DNA of 63,848 bases, counting the filler, from Pelomyxa schiedti (lineage: Eukaryota > Protista > Evosea): the NCBI GenBank assembly GCA_020536535.1. It is 7 parts of 7 records of this genome, joined end to end, with 100 filler letters (N's around TTAATTAATTAA, not from the genome) between each part and the next. Parts side by side here need not be neighbours in the genome. Positions count along the whole stretch, not along the records: positions 27,237 to 48,119 come from JAHLWZ010000619.1; positions 48,220 to 52,447 come from JAHLWZ010000728.1; 5 more parts are not named here. The stretch is one strand, 5' to 3'. Of this stretch, positions 36,298 through 48,639 are shown piece after piece; the stretch's first letter is position 1, and each line of letters begins with the position of its first letter. The notes below the pieces were generated by a model that saw only the letters and a program-made list of their open reading frames with translations, was not told the origin of the DNA and searched no databases. The position numbers and the translations under genes are program-made.

Positions 36298-36790
36298 CCT
36301 GGAGCTCGTGTACTTGTAAAGTACACACTTTGTTGATTTAGTGTAAGCTTTGACTTTTCACACCCGGAATTCGATACTAAGTTGGCTGAATAAAATAATC
36401 AACAGACCGGAACGCCGTCATTTTCGTTATCGTCGCTCAGTATCGGCGGTCTGGTGTTTTTTTTATTCAGCCAGTTGGCTTTGTTAGCTTCTGTGGGCTC
36501 GAGAATAAGTCCCAAGAGTGTGTAAAATCTCGCAGATTCGCTTCGCTGTCTTATTCTGGTAATAGTCCAGATTCGGCTCAGTCCTCAGTCTCTCCAATCC
36601 CGCTAAAGTGCGCCAGACTTCAGAGCCTCGCGAGCAAGGCCAAGTTCGTGTACTTTGTGGAAGTACACAGCTTGCAGTTCTAGAACAGGTCAGCGTCATC
36701 CTCCCTCTGGTGTATCGTTTTCCCATGCATGTAGCCTGATTTCAATGATCTGGGAATTTCCTGGTTGTCATTCTGGATCCAATTCCCAGA

Positions 36791-38039
36791 ATGAATTGTC
36801 CATCATCGTACGCAAGCGACACCAACACAAGCCAACGGGGATTGACAAAAAGGCGCAGGACATCGGCATCAACACGGAACCACAGCACCGAGGGAAGGGA
36901 CCGAGTTTCGCCAGCCACCACCGTTGCATCCCAGTTCCTGGCCCTTTTGATGCTCTCACACCCGCGTTGTGGCTGTGTAAATTGTGGGAGAAACAACCCA
37001 CCTCCTACGGCCCCTGCGCCACACCCGTCGTCGGTTCTCGAGAACGTGGCCCTGGCACTGAGGACTGTGTGGGAGTGGATTATGGGATGTTGTGGAAGCA
37101 GTGGCACCAGCCTGAAGCTCGTTTGCGTCTGCACGTCAGATCCTGCACCGTCGTCGTTCACTTTTGCAGTGTCAGTCCACACCCTCGGCGTTGTTCCAAA
37201 GCACTCTGGGTGGTGGCTCGCAGAACAGGCTCATGAGGGCATTGAGACAATCGTTGCGGCCAATCAGAGCCGTGTGATTCACAGAAATTTCACACATGAA
37301 TTTGGGGTGGCTTTTACTTGGAAGCTGAGGGAGGAGTCATCATCACACTTGGCACGCACTGACTGCGATGACATGAATTCCACTCCTCCATCCAAAAACG
37401 ATGAACTGGCGAGTGCGAGGAGAACTGGGCTGATTCACAAGTGTGGTGGATTTTCTTCTGATTGTGCAAATCACAAGTGGTTGGTTGTCTATGATTACAT
37501 CAAACGCGAGTTATGTGTCTCAAACCTGCTGATGGAACCACCAGCAACCAAATCTGTTCAATTTCCAACTGGAACGAATCGAGACGTTTTCATGAATCAG
37601 TGCAATGAAGATGAAGCTGTTCTGGCCCAGAAATATGCGGAAGACACCAACACTCTTGAGTTGAGTGTTGTCAACCTGAGTGAGGTGTGGTCAACGGGTG
37701 CCATCACGCCAGTGTTCTGCACCAAGTACTTCCTCCCCTTCGATTCTCAGACTCAGTTCTTCTCAGTGGACAGTGTTCTCATTCTGCAGACAGAGTCTGG
37801 TGGGCGCGCATTTGTTGTTTGCAGCTGCCCATGGTCCCACACCATGATTCTTAAGTTCCCAGATGAATCTCGCCCAGACAAGGTTCACATGGTCAGGTAC
37901 AACGACGAGAAGGTCACACTGTCACAGATGAGCGAGAGGTTGTACTGCCTGACGCGCTCACCCAACACGATGGAGATATGGGACTGCAACAACCCCACGA
38001 ATCCAATGAGGGTTGTTGATCACAACTTCTGCTGCAGGC
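36791..38039 (+). CDS. Lineage-expanded protein, copy B (3' end in a gap)
   Basis: Highly similar to copy A at both DNA and protein level. Confidence 0.8.
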
Positions 38040-38366
38040 NNNNNNNNNNNNNNNNNNNNNNNNNNNNNNNNNNNNNNNNNNNNNNNNNNNNNNNNNNNNN
38101 NNNNNNNNNNNNNNNNNNNNNNNNNNNNNNNNNNNNNNNTTACACAATATCAACCACAGAGTCGCAATTTGACTGTAATTTTGTGCTTTTTGGGTGTTAT
38201 TTCCTGGGTTCTGTAAACCTGATTCATTGGCAAAAGCCTGACTAGGTTGGCAGGAGCTTACCTGGAAGAAAAAGAAACACACCCCCAAAATCAACAGGAA
38301 AACCTTCAAAATATAAAACCAAATTGACTTGCACCCTGGTGTGTGGATTTTGGGTTTTGTTTTGAA

Positions 38367-40828
38367 CTACAGGAGAATCTTTTCCTTTATCAGGGAACGG
38401 CATTCAGGGCACTTTTTCATGACTGTGGCACACTGTTGGTTTGTTTTATTGTTGTTGTTAGAGCAATGAACAGAAATGTTATCTGATGAACCTGTGAGCA
38501 AAGTACAACATGACCACAAGGCTGCAACTGCACGTCTGGTGGCCTCTCGTCACATTCCATGCAAATGTTGAACTTGTTGGTGGCCACTGAAGAAAGAGGT
38601 GCTTGGGACAATGATGTGGAAGTGCATCCTGGGAGAGTGGTTCCTGTTGTTGTCATTGGCCACTGTTGTGCTAGGTGGCTCATAGTACTGCTCTGATGAG
38701 AAGAGGAATAAGACTTGGAAAGACTTAACTTGTCTCCTGTGTGGCCACACATCAGGCAACCCAATGAACTTCTCATCACCCTCCAGCCCTCGCTGAAGCT
38801 TCCACTTGCCCTTGTATTCATGCCAGAGCTCTGAGCATTCTCTCTGTGTTTCCTCAATTGCCTTGTGGAGAGTGCCCACAAGGGAAACCTGTTCACACAA
38901 CTCCTTTGACAGCACTGTGTGTTTATCGGCAAGCTTTGTGCACTCATCAAACTGGCACTTTTGAAGATGTGCTAGTGTCTCAGAGAGTTGGCACAGCAAT
39001 TGGAATGGTGGAGCAAATGTATCGCATTGAGGTTGTTCAGGCACAGCCAAAGGGTGCAGGAGTGCCTCATTGACTGCTAGTTCATCACATTCTGTTGTTG
39101 TTTTATTTTTGGTTAAAACAAGGTGCTTTGTTTACCTTTGGTGCTACCTTCTGCTTCCACGACATTGTCATCCTTGCTTGAAAGGCCTTTCATTCCACAC
39201 ACCTTTTTTGTCAATGTGGAGATGTTCCTGGAGCACTCTTGAATCTCAGCCTCGCTGCTCTGAACTGACAGGCTCTGCCCAAGTAGGTTTTTGCATGCAT
39301 CAACAGATTCGTTGACTTTCTTCACCAGTTTGGCCTTCAGCTCTGTGAGTTCCCTCAAGTGTGATGCCAGTGCCTTGCTTTCTGTGGCTCCTTGGAGTCT
39401 CTGGTTCAGCTTTTCCAGTGATTTCTGGAGTATAGTGAACTCCTGTGCTGACATCTCCAGCTGAGATTGGAACAATTTGGCCCAGTCCAAAGCTTCCTTC
39501 AGTTCAGGGTGGGCTTTTTGAATTGAAATTGTATTATCTTTATGTTTTTGTAGCTCCTCCTCCTGTCTCTGTGTTGAAAAGAGTTAAAAAAAACCATCAC
39601 ATTAGTTGCCTTTACCTCCAGCCGTTCTCCTTTTTCCTTCAGTTCTCTCTGTTTCTCCTTCAATTTTGTCTTCAGATCACTTTTTTCTTTTGAATGCTCT
39701 TTTTTCAGTTTCTGTTGTAACCAACAATTAGAGCAAAGAAAGGTTGCAGAATCAAACTTCGGTCTGTTGATGATGTTCAAAGAGTGGCAGTGATGCTCCC
39801 ATTTGATGTTGCACCCCAGAAACCTCAGTTTGAAAAAGGTTGTTGTTGAGGGTACCTGTCCACGCCCCACACCCCGCAGCTGATGATAGTGTCAAAACAC
39901 CCACACCATGGCACTCCCAACCATTGCTCCCTCCTGACTCTTGTGTAAACTTCCCTTCAAACCAGTCACCGTTGGGCCACCTCCTCATCCCCTTGATTTG
40001 GGTACCCATCTCCCACAACCCTGTGAATGATGAGCCATCCTTGGACCAAGTCTTTGTTCCCTCCCCATTCTCCACACCATCCACCCACTGGCCGTCATAC
40101 CTGTCACCATTCGCCCACAGCCTCACTCCCCTCCCATGGAAAGCGTCATCCTTCCACTCACCAACATAACTCCCACCACCCTGGCTGCTATCACCAAACA
40201 ACATCCTCCCTGTGCCACTTTTCTTGCCGTGATCAAACTGGCCGTGGTAGATGTCACCAGAGCCATCAGGTGACCTCCACGTTCCTACACCGTGCCACTG
40301 GTAACTGTCCCACTCACCCTCATACACTGTCTCCAGCCTCATTGCTGCTGCGGCCGTGCTGTTGCTGTTGCTGCTTCCTGTCTCCTTGTTGACTATCCTC
40401 CTTTGCACCCCCGGACCCTGCAACACAACTCATACCTCTTTCTAGCCGCGCTCCACACCCACTCGCCCTCCTTCACATCCACGCCGTTGCTGCTGAAGAA
40501 AGTCCCCCTCCTCCAGTGGCCGTCCCTGAACAGCCCCTCGTACCTCCTGCCGTCGGGCCACTTGTACACAGCCCACCCGTCCCACTTGCCCCCGTGGCAC
40601 TCCCCCTCGTAGGTGTCGCCGTCGGCCCACCTGTAGACCCCTCGGCCGTGCTTGGCGCCGTTGCTCCACCCGCCGTCGTAGGTGTCGCCGTTCGACAGTT
40701 TGCAGGTGCAACCAACGAAACCTGCCGTCGCGCTTGCGATCAACCAGCCAACCCGTGTAAGTTCCTTCACTGGGTGACGACGCATCGCCAACAACCATCG
40801 ATGCAACTCCTGCTTTTGCTGCCGCCAT
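38367..40828 (-). CDS. MORN-repeat, coiled-coil, C-terminal RING protein; 5' frameshifts, possible pseudogene
   Basis: Many YxGxWxxGxxHGxG repeats; CMEC..PDVQLQPCGHVVLCSQ|CA..MKKCPECR; MORN motifs switch frame near 40725 and 40428. Confidence 0.78.
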
Positions 40829-41163
40829 CGATGGAAACAGAATTTTTTAGCTAGCAAGGCAGCGTGAAGCGGTCCGATTTTGCCGGGATTTGTTGAAGTT
40901 GTGTGCTTTCGATTTTTACCACAACCATCAAAATAATCGGAGGGGAGGCACGGGACTGTTCAAGTATGAATCTTTCTTTCCTTCTGTACGTCACTTGGGG
41001 TTTTTGGTTTGATGTTTGATGTTGTGAGGTCAAAGTCTAATACTCCATTACAATTTGTTTGCCAGGAAACTGCAAAAGAGACAAGAAATGTTGTTTCCTC
41101 TTTCTTGGTTTATGAGACTGAAAGAAAACCACTCCTACACATCACATGAAAGGGGATACTTGG

Positions 41164-42648
41164 TCATTCCAGAGAAGTGTTGTTGCAGAGGATTGAAGGT
41201 ACAGAGGCAATAGCCTCCGAATCTGTGGTTACCGTGGCAACTGTGGTCCCTGTTGTGGCACACATAACATGAACTGTGTATTTCCCGTGTGCAACAGTAT
41301 CTCTCTTGCATAGTAGCAGGAAACCAGAACAGCTGGAAACAGCACAGTAGCCAGAAAAGTGGTGAATCAGCTCGGTTGGATTTTCGTTTTCACCACAAAG
41401 GGAATACACATCAGAGCTGATGGTTGTTGACAGCTTGAGTTCAGTGCACAACAACCTCTGACTCACTGACAGTACTCTTCCATTCAACACGCGCACAAGG
41501 TGGTTGCTGGCATCACCGCCATGAGGCACTGTGCACACTTTGACAGTGCCATCCCAAAGGCACAGCGCCACTCCCGGAGGGAAAAATACACATTCAGGCT
41601 CGTGAGTCACTGGTTCACTGTGTTGCGGCATTGTGGTGCACACCAGAGACCTCGAAGCAAATGACCTTGCCACATCGACTGCGCAGAATTGCCAGTGCAA
41701 ACGGTGTGACTTGTATTCAGAGAACGCCAGCGAGATTTCGTCTCCAGGGGCAATCTTTGGATTGAAGTTGGTGAAGAAGAGTTTCCTTTGCACCGACCCA
41801 AGCATCTTCGGGAGTGGAACTGCAACCGCATTCAACTCGGCTTCTTCAACAGATTCATTCTCCACCGTGCCAAATTCAGTGCTCCTCAAGTTCCACAAGT
41901 ACAGGTGAGTCAGACCAGCATCAACAGCCCACCTCTCGTTGCACTCAACACCACCAAGCCCGCCCCCACCAACAAGAACCTTTCTCCTTTGAATTCCTCC
42001 CTTTTTGAAAGGGCCCCCTGAAGCCAGCTGAATTACCGTTGCACAAGCAGCAGATCGCCCTGCTTTGATAACCCACACCCCCTTCTCCTTCTCCTGGGCA
42101 CCATCACCACAACCCAAAAAAACGCCACACAGCCACTGCTCCCTGAGCAACACAGGATCCCCCACCACGCCCAATGTCACCGACACGTCGAAAATGACAT
42201 GAACCTTGGCGACTGACCAGCCCACGGCCACCCTCCGGGCGCAACAAACAACCCACTCCCTCCCAATGTGTGCAATCAACGTTGGTCCCAACACACAACA
42301 ACAACAACAACAACTAGGAAGAGGAAGAGGAGGCTGGTCGGCTGCAGGAGGGGACCCATAATGGGGCCTGTTGGCCACGACGCACGCAGAAGCGAGGGCG
42401 ACGAACTGTTGGGTGGCGCGAAGGGTCACGTTGAATGCCGCTCTCCCACCCAAGGCCCGCAGGGAGATGTCGGCGAGGCCGTCCATTTGTTTTTTTCTAT
42501 TGCGGTACCAGAATTCCATCACACCCGGCGCTGCTTCCACCATGGACAGCAACAAACAGCAAGCAACAACAAAAAAACCCACAATAGGCGACGATGCCAC
42601 CAACCAGCCTTGGTGTCTTTGAATGTGTGCTTGAGTGACAGAATCCAC
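41164..42648 (-). CDS. Divergent member of the intronless QFxAL family
   Basis: 494-aa ORF; RATQQFVALAS...LIAHIGREWVV...FDVSVTLGVV, CNERWAV. Confidence 0.7.
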   Translation of the reverse strand: MDSVTQAHIQRHQGWLVASSPIVGFFVVACCLLLSMVEAAPGVMEFWYRNRKKQMDGLADISLRALGGRAAFNVTLRATQQFVALASACVVANRPHYGSPPAADQPPLPLPSCCCCCCVLGPTLIAHIGREWVVCCARRVAVGWSVAKVHVIFDVSVTLGVVGDPVLLREQWLCGVFLGCGDGAQEKEKGVWVIKAGRSAACATVIQLASGGPFKKGGIQRRKVLVGGGGLGGVECNERWAVDAGLTHLYLWNLRSTEFGTVENESVEEAELNAVAVPLPKMLGSVQRKLFFTNFNPKIAPGDEISLAFSEYKSHRLHWQFCAVDVARSFASRSLVCTTMPQHSEPVTHEPECVFFPPGVALCLWDGTVKVCTVPHGGDASNHLVRVLNGRVLSVSQRLLCTELKLSTTISSDVYSLCGENENPTELIHHFSGYCAVSSCSGFLLLCKRDTVAHGKYTVHVMCATTGTTVATVTTDSEAIASVPSILCNNTSLE

Positions 42649-42877
42649 TTCCTGCCAATCTTGGCCACCACTGCGTGTGCACCTTGGCTTGTTGTTTTTG
42701 TGCGGTTAAGTGCAGTGTGGCTTCAATGCCACACAATTCTCAGTCAAGATTACCTTGGAATCAGTCACCCATTCGTGTGTCTCATAGGATTGTCGCTGCT
42801 TTACAGAGTGTCCCTGGCAAGCCAGGGTCTGGAGGCACTTCCCATAATGAATTTCATCATCGTTCAAACATCAACAA

Positions 42878-44198
42878 ATGTACCACGCAAGCAACACCAA
42901 CACAAGCCAACGGGGATTGACAAAAAGGCGCAGGACATCAGCATCGACACGGAACCACAGCACCGAGGGAAGGGACCGAGTTTCACCAGCCACCACCGTG
43001 GCATCCCAGTTCCTGGCCCTTTTGATGCTCTCACACCCGCGTTGTGGCTGTGTAAATTGTGGGAGAAACAACCCACTGCCTACTTCGTCCTCGTTTCTCA
43101 AGAACGTGCCGCTGGCACTGAGGACTGTGTGGGAGTGGATTATGGGATGCTGCGGAAGCAGTGGCACCTTGGTCGTTCACTTTTGCAGTGTCAGTCCACA
43201 CCCTCGGCGTTGTTCCAAAGCACTCTGGATGGTGGCACACAGAACGGGCTCGGTGCTTCGACGCAATCGTTGCGGCCAATCAGAGCCGCGTGATTCGCAG
43301 AAAGTTCACACTCGAATTTGGCGGGGTGGCTTTTACTTGGAAGCTGAGGGAGTCGTCACACTTGGCACGCACTGACTGTGATGACATGAATTCCACTCCT
43401 CCACCCAAAAATGATGAACTGGTGAGTGAGAGGGGAACTGGGCTGATTCACAAGTGTGGTGGATTTTCTTCTGATTGCGCAAATCACAAGTGGTTGGTTG
43501 TCCATGATGACATCAACTGCGAGTTCTGTGTCTCAAACCTGCTGATGGAACCACCAGCAACCAAAATGGTTCAATTGCCAACTGAAAGGTTTCAAGAGGT
43601 TTTCATGAATCAGTGCAATGAAGATGAAGCTGTTCTGGCCCAGAAAAATGCGAAAACTATTGAGTTGAGTGTTGTCAACCTGAGTGAGGTGTGGTCAACA
43701 GGTGCCATCACGCCAGTGTTCTGCACTGAGTACTTCATTCCCTTTGATTCTCAGACTCAGTTATTCCCGGTGGACAGTGTTCTCATTCTGCAGACGGAGT
43801 GTGGTGGGCGCGCATTTGTTGTTTGCATCTGCTCATGGTCCCACACCATGATTCTTCAGTTCCCAGATGCATCTCGCCCAGACAAGGTTCACATGGTCAT
43901 GTACAACAACGAGAAGGTCACCCTGTCACAGATGAGCGAGAGGTTGTACTGCCTGACGCGCTCACCCAACACGATGGAGATATGGGACTGCAACAACCCC
44001 ACGAATCCAATGAGGGTTGTTGATCACAACTTCTGCTGCAGGCTGGTGTGTGCACACTCTGGGTTCCTCTTCCACATTGGCAGGAGCCGCATCACTGTCA
44101 CTGACTACAACTTGGGTTCCAAGGTTGCTGTTCTGAGGCTCTCAGAGATGTGTGGCCAACCCATGAGAATCGCCAACAGCTTCTCATTCCAGTTGTAA
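42878..44198 (+). pseudogene. Lineage-expanded protein, copy C, frameshifted
   Basis: A 41-nt deletion at ~43168 relative to copy A, between GCACC microhomologies, splits the ORF. Confidence 0.75.
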
Positions 44199-44575
44199 CT
44201 TACGGAACTGGAAAACAAAAGGTTGGCTCAGTGAACCATTTGACCTTTGACCAGATGAAGATGGGGGAGATTTTTAAGATCCAGACCTTAAGGTTAAGGG
44301 GCACAATTGTTAAGGTTAAGGCAACGGCTTGAGGATTATCAACAGCAGCTCCTATCACCCATAAGGAGAGCCAACTCACATGACCTGTTCTAAAACTGCA
44401 AGGCAACTTAGTATTGAATTCTGGTGTCTTGAAAAGAAAAAACCAGTGTAATGCCATCTTCATCTGGTCAATGGTGTTGAAAAGTGGTCCCCCCAATAGA
44501 CTTTCCCGAATTTATAATCAATTGACTTCCCAGCACTTTTTGGCGATTTTTTGGTACAACTCGATTTTTCATCTA

Positions 44576-47034
44576 TCTCTTTGCCTACCCATGCATAATT
44601 TGACCGTTGCCGTTGAGCCTAACGGGGATGAAAAGTGGACGTTTTTTCACTATCGGCGTGGATTTTTCTCGCCGTTCCCCCCTATCGGGGAACCCAACTT
44701 ATCCCAAGTCGCCAAAAATGTACTCCGGTGATTGGTTTTGTGAGAAGATTTCGCCCTCGATTTGACAATTGTGGGTTTCGTCTTGTTCTCTGAACTCTGG
44801 CACAGACACGAACCGAGTTTCCCGATCATCAAAGCCGCACCGGTGCTCTGCTGAAGAGTGAACAACCACAACGTACGGAGCCGCACAGCCTCCTCGTTGT
44901 TATCGTGTTGAAACAATTAAAAGTACCGAGTAAAAACCCAGGCATTGCGTCTGATGGGTGTCGGCCCACACCCATTAGCCCATTTTTACAGTTACCCTTG
45001 TTGTTGGGTGTTTTGTGCGGCAGTTGTTTGTTGTCTGTCGCTTTTTTGTTTTGGCCAACAAACCATTTCTCTGTTCGCTGTTGGGTTGGTTGCTCGTGTG
45101 GTTCATTATTTGCACAAGAAAACACAAGCAACAAACCCCCTGCACTGTTCTTTTTGTTCCTTATTTGCTTCGTATGTTTCAACACCCAAATGCCTCTCAC
45201 AAAACTGTTGGTAAGAACAAAGTGAAAAAAGTGGTTGGGGGAGTACGCGCGTTGTGGTTGTGTGGGTGTGTTGGTTGGGTGGTGCCAGCACCGTGCATTT
45301 ACCTGTTGTCTGGTTTTTCTGTGTTATGGTTGGCGTACCTGGTGTTCCCATTGCACCCCACCCCATGGTTTCACTTCTTGAGGTCTCTTACCACAGCAGA
45401 GGACACCCTTATCACAAAAATACCAGTCCCCCCTTATCGACACATTTGTTGGTGCAGGGTAACGGCAAGGCATTTATCACCAAATCTGCTGGTAAGCGGG
45501 AACGGCGTAATTTCTATCGACAATTTGGTTCATACAAGGGGAACGGCGACATTCCTAGCGACAAATCTGTTCGTAAAGGGGGAACGGCGACATTCCTAGC
45601 GACAAATCTGTTGATAAGGGGGAACGGCGTCATTTCTATCGACAAATTTGTTCATAAAAGGGCAACGGCAATGGAAATTCCGTGAAATTGTGCCGGCCCC
45701 CCTTTTATGGACAAATTCGTCGCTAGGAATGTCGCCGTTCCCCCTTATCAACAGATTTGTCGCTAGGAATGTCGCCGTTCCCCTTGTATGAACCAAATTG
45801 TCGATAGAAATTACGCCGTTCCCCCCTATCATCAAATTTGTTGGTAGGGCTGCCCCTCTGAGAATCAAAACCGCAACCAACCACACCAACGCCTCACAGG
45901 AACGAGAAAACTCAAGTGATAGATCATGAGCAACAGCAAATACAAGGGAGCGTGCATCTAAGTGGAGAAATCCTTTCTCTCAGAAACATGCAATGTCAGC
46001 CTTGGTGTTGGGTGCTTGTGGCCACAGCGTCGTGGTGTGGTGACTCATTACATGAATGTATGTAAGAAACGCTTGTTGGGTCATTGGTGTTCCCATCGGT
46101 GATGTGACATGCCCAGGTGCATGTGAACGGGTGTGGTGACAGGGAGTGATTGGTGCTCACGACGAAGCAAGTACCTTCCTCTCTCTCAGACGCACCAAAG
46201 AGAGTAGGTACCTGGAGCAAACGGCCTCCTCCCTCGTCCTTTTGTTTTAGTGAACACAACAAATATGTACTGTTGGGAGGTCGCCCGAAGGCTGTGTGTT
46301 ATTAAATGTTAAAATTAATATTAATATAAGCTTATTCTTGTGATTTGCGTTCTGTCTGGTGCTCGGGCATATTTTTTTCTCCTGTTTCAAGGCATCGCAT
46401 TTTTTTAGTAAAACGCTCAGCAAGTACAAACAAATAATAATGAACAACAAACAACGAAATTGAGAAGCAAAGGGGTGCACCACATCAAATTGGCAGGAGC
46501 ACACAGCCCTGTGACATTTCTCATTGAACCAACGAGAAAACAAAGAGCAATCCAGCCGAAACATAGAAATGTGCTACAACTGCTGCGTGAAACCACAAAA
46601 CAACATTAAACGTAAAAATGGGCTAAGCCCATCGGATGGGTATTGCTAACACCAGTGCGATGTTTTTTTTTTTGATTGAAACAGGTGTTGTGTTCAGTTG
46701 AGTGCACTTGATTTTGGTTGTAGGGCGTGTGGCTCCGTACGTTGTGGTTGTTCACTCTTCAGCAGAGCACCGGTGCGGCTTTGATGTCGTAGGGGAATGA
46801 TCGATCAAACTCGTGTTCAGAGAACAAGACGAAACCCACAATTGTCAAATCGAGATCGAAATCTTCTCACAAAACCAATCACCGGAGTACATTTTTGGTG
46901 ACTTGGGATAAGTTGGGTTCCCCAATAGGGGGGAACGGCGAGAAAAATCCACGCCGATAGTGAAAAAACGTCCACTTTTCATCCCCGTTAGGCTAAACGG
47001 CAACGGTCAAATTATGCATGGGTAGGCAAAGAGA
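44576..47034. mobile_element. Non-autonomous foldback/TIR DNA element, 2.46 kb
   Basis: ~305-bp inverted repeats at 44576-44882 and 46731-47034 (TCTCTTTGCCTACCCATGC...GCATGGGTAGGCAAAGAGA), TA on both sides, no credible ORF. Confidence 0.85.
45427..45848. repeat. Palindromic array of ~40-bp units (GGGGAACGGCG-ACATTCCTAGCGACAAATCTGTT)
   Basis: About 5 forward units at 45457-45660, an axis near 45680, and 3+ inverted units at 45702-45848. Confidence 0.9.
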
Positions 47035-48119
47035 TATGATGCTGCGGCTGGGTGTGATTAAGGAGGGGGCCAGCGAATGCGTGGCCCCATTGTCACTGTC
47101 CATGAAAAAGGATGGCAGCATGCAGCTGTGCACAAACTTCCAGGGGCTGAACAGGGAGACCCTCAAGGATAACTACCCTCTCCCAAATGTCTTCGAGGTC
47201 CTTAAATCGCTCAATGGACACTGTTGGTTCTCCACTCTGGACCTAATGGCAGGTTTCTGGCAAGTACCAGTGGCCAAAGAAGATGTGCACAAGACGGGGT
47301 TCGTGAGCCCTCGAGGTCAATTCCTCTTCAACGTGGTGCAATTCGGCATGCAGAATGCATCCCAGACTTTCCAGCGACTCATGGAGCGCTGTTTGGCAGG
47401 TCTCCTGGGGAAGGTGTGTGCTGTGTACATTGACAACATCATTGTGATGGGGCACACATTTGAAGAGCACCTGCAAAACCTGAGAGCCGTGTACACCCGG
47501 CTGAGAGGGGCGAAGTTGAGGGTGTGTGCACTGAAATGCAGCTTGGTCAACCGTGAAGTCAGCTACCTGGGCCATATGGTGTCCAAGAGGGGTGTGCAAA
47601 TGGATGCAGGCAGAATCAAGGTGATTACTGGCTGGCCGAGGCCGAGGCAATGGACCGGGGAGCTAGAAACATTTGTAAACATGGTGAATTACTACACAAG
47701 GTTTGTGCCAGACTTCGCCATAGTGGCGGCACCACTGAGAGAGCTGGGTGTGAAAGGCGTGCCATGGGTGTGGGACGAGCGCTGCAAGGAAGCGTTCACG
47801 CACATTAAGCACCTAATTGCCAAGAAACTCCTGCTTGAGTATCCAGATTACGGCTCAGAGTTCAGGCTGGAAATTCACACGGACACTAGCAAGGTGGGAA
47901 TGGGGGCCGCGCTGGTACAAATGGACGCGAAGGGAGGGGAACGCATTATTGAGCTTGCAAGCAGGGTCACCACGCCCCACGAAAAGAAGTACGATACCGT
48001 GTGTGAGCTAGAGGCGGCGGCGGTCGTGTGGGCACTCAAGAAATTCCGCAGCTATATACACGGAGTCGGATGTGTTGTCAAGACAGACAACAAAGCCCTA
48101 ACCTGGATGCAGAACCAGG
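47035..48119 (+). mobile_element. Ty3/gypsy LTR-retrotransposon pol fragment (RT + RNase H), catalytically mutated
   Basis: DNYPLP, FSTLDLMAGFWQV, KTGF, FGMQNA, YIDNII (for YxDD), YLGH, TDTS, ELEAAAVVWALKKFR, TDNKAL. Confidence 0.93.
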
Positions 48120-48639
48120 NNNNNNNNNNNNNNNNNNNNNNNNNNNNNNNNNNNNNNNNNNNNTTAATTAATTAANNNNNNNNNNNNNNNNNNNNNNNNN
48201 NNNNNNNNNNNNNNNNNNNCGGTCCTCGTGGCTGCTAATCCTGCTGTGGGGGATGGGCACGGAATGGTCGCCTTGCTGCTGCACTGTGTCGGTGTCCACC
48301 GCGACCACGGGTGTGGCGGCGACATCCTTGTCGTGTCGGGAGCTCCCTGCTGCGCGTGTCGGCTGAGGAGCATGGTTTGTATCATCATGTTGTAACGGCG
48401 ACGACGTTGCCTGGGCCCTTCTTGGGCGCTTGGGTGACGGCCGAACGAGCAGTTGTTGTTGGTTAGATGACACCGCAACGACTGGTGGTTTTCGGTCGGG
48501 TGGTGGGGCTCGTTTGCGCGTGCCCCCTCTCATTCGCCACAGATGTGGTCCAGACACAGGTCCCTTTTCTGCCCCGTTGACGCCAAAATAAAAAAAAAGG
48601 GAGTTGGTTTTGTTGTAGTTGACTCGAGCAGCATACTCC

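Noticed and set aside
44286-44321. TTAAGG repeats as a telomeric seed
   Set aside because: Only two pairs of units; too short to support.
45427-45848. CRISPR-like array next to a reverse transcriptase
   Set aside because: Units are contiguous without unique spacers, they switch orientation, there are no cas genes, and the RT is Ty3/gypsy type.
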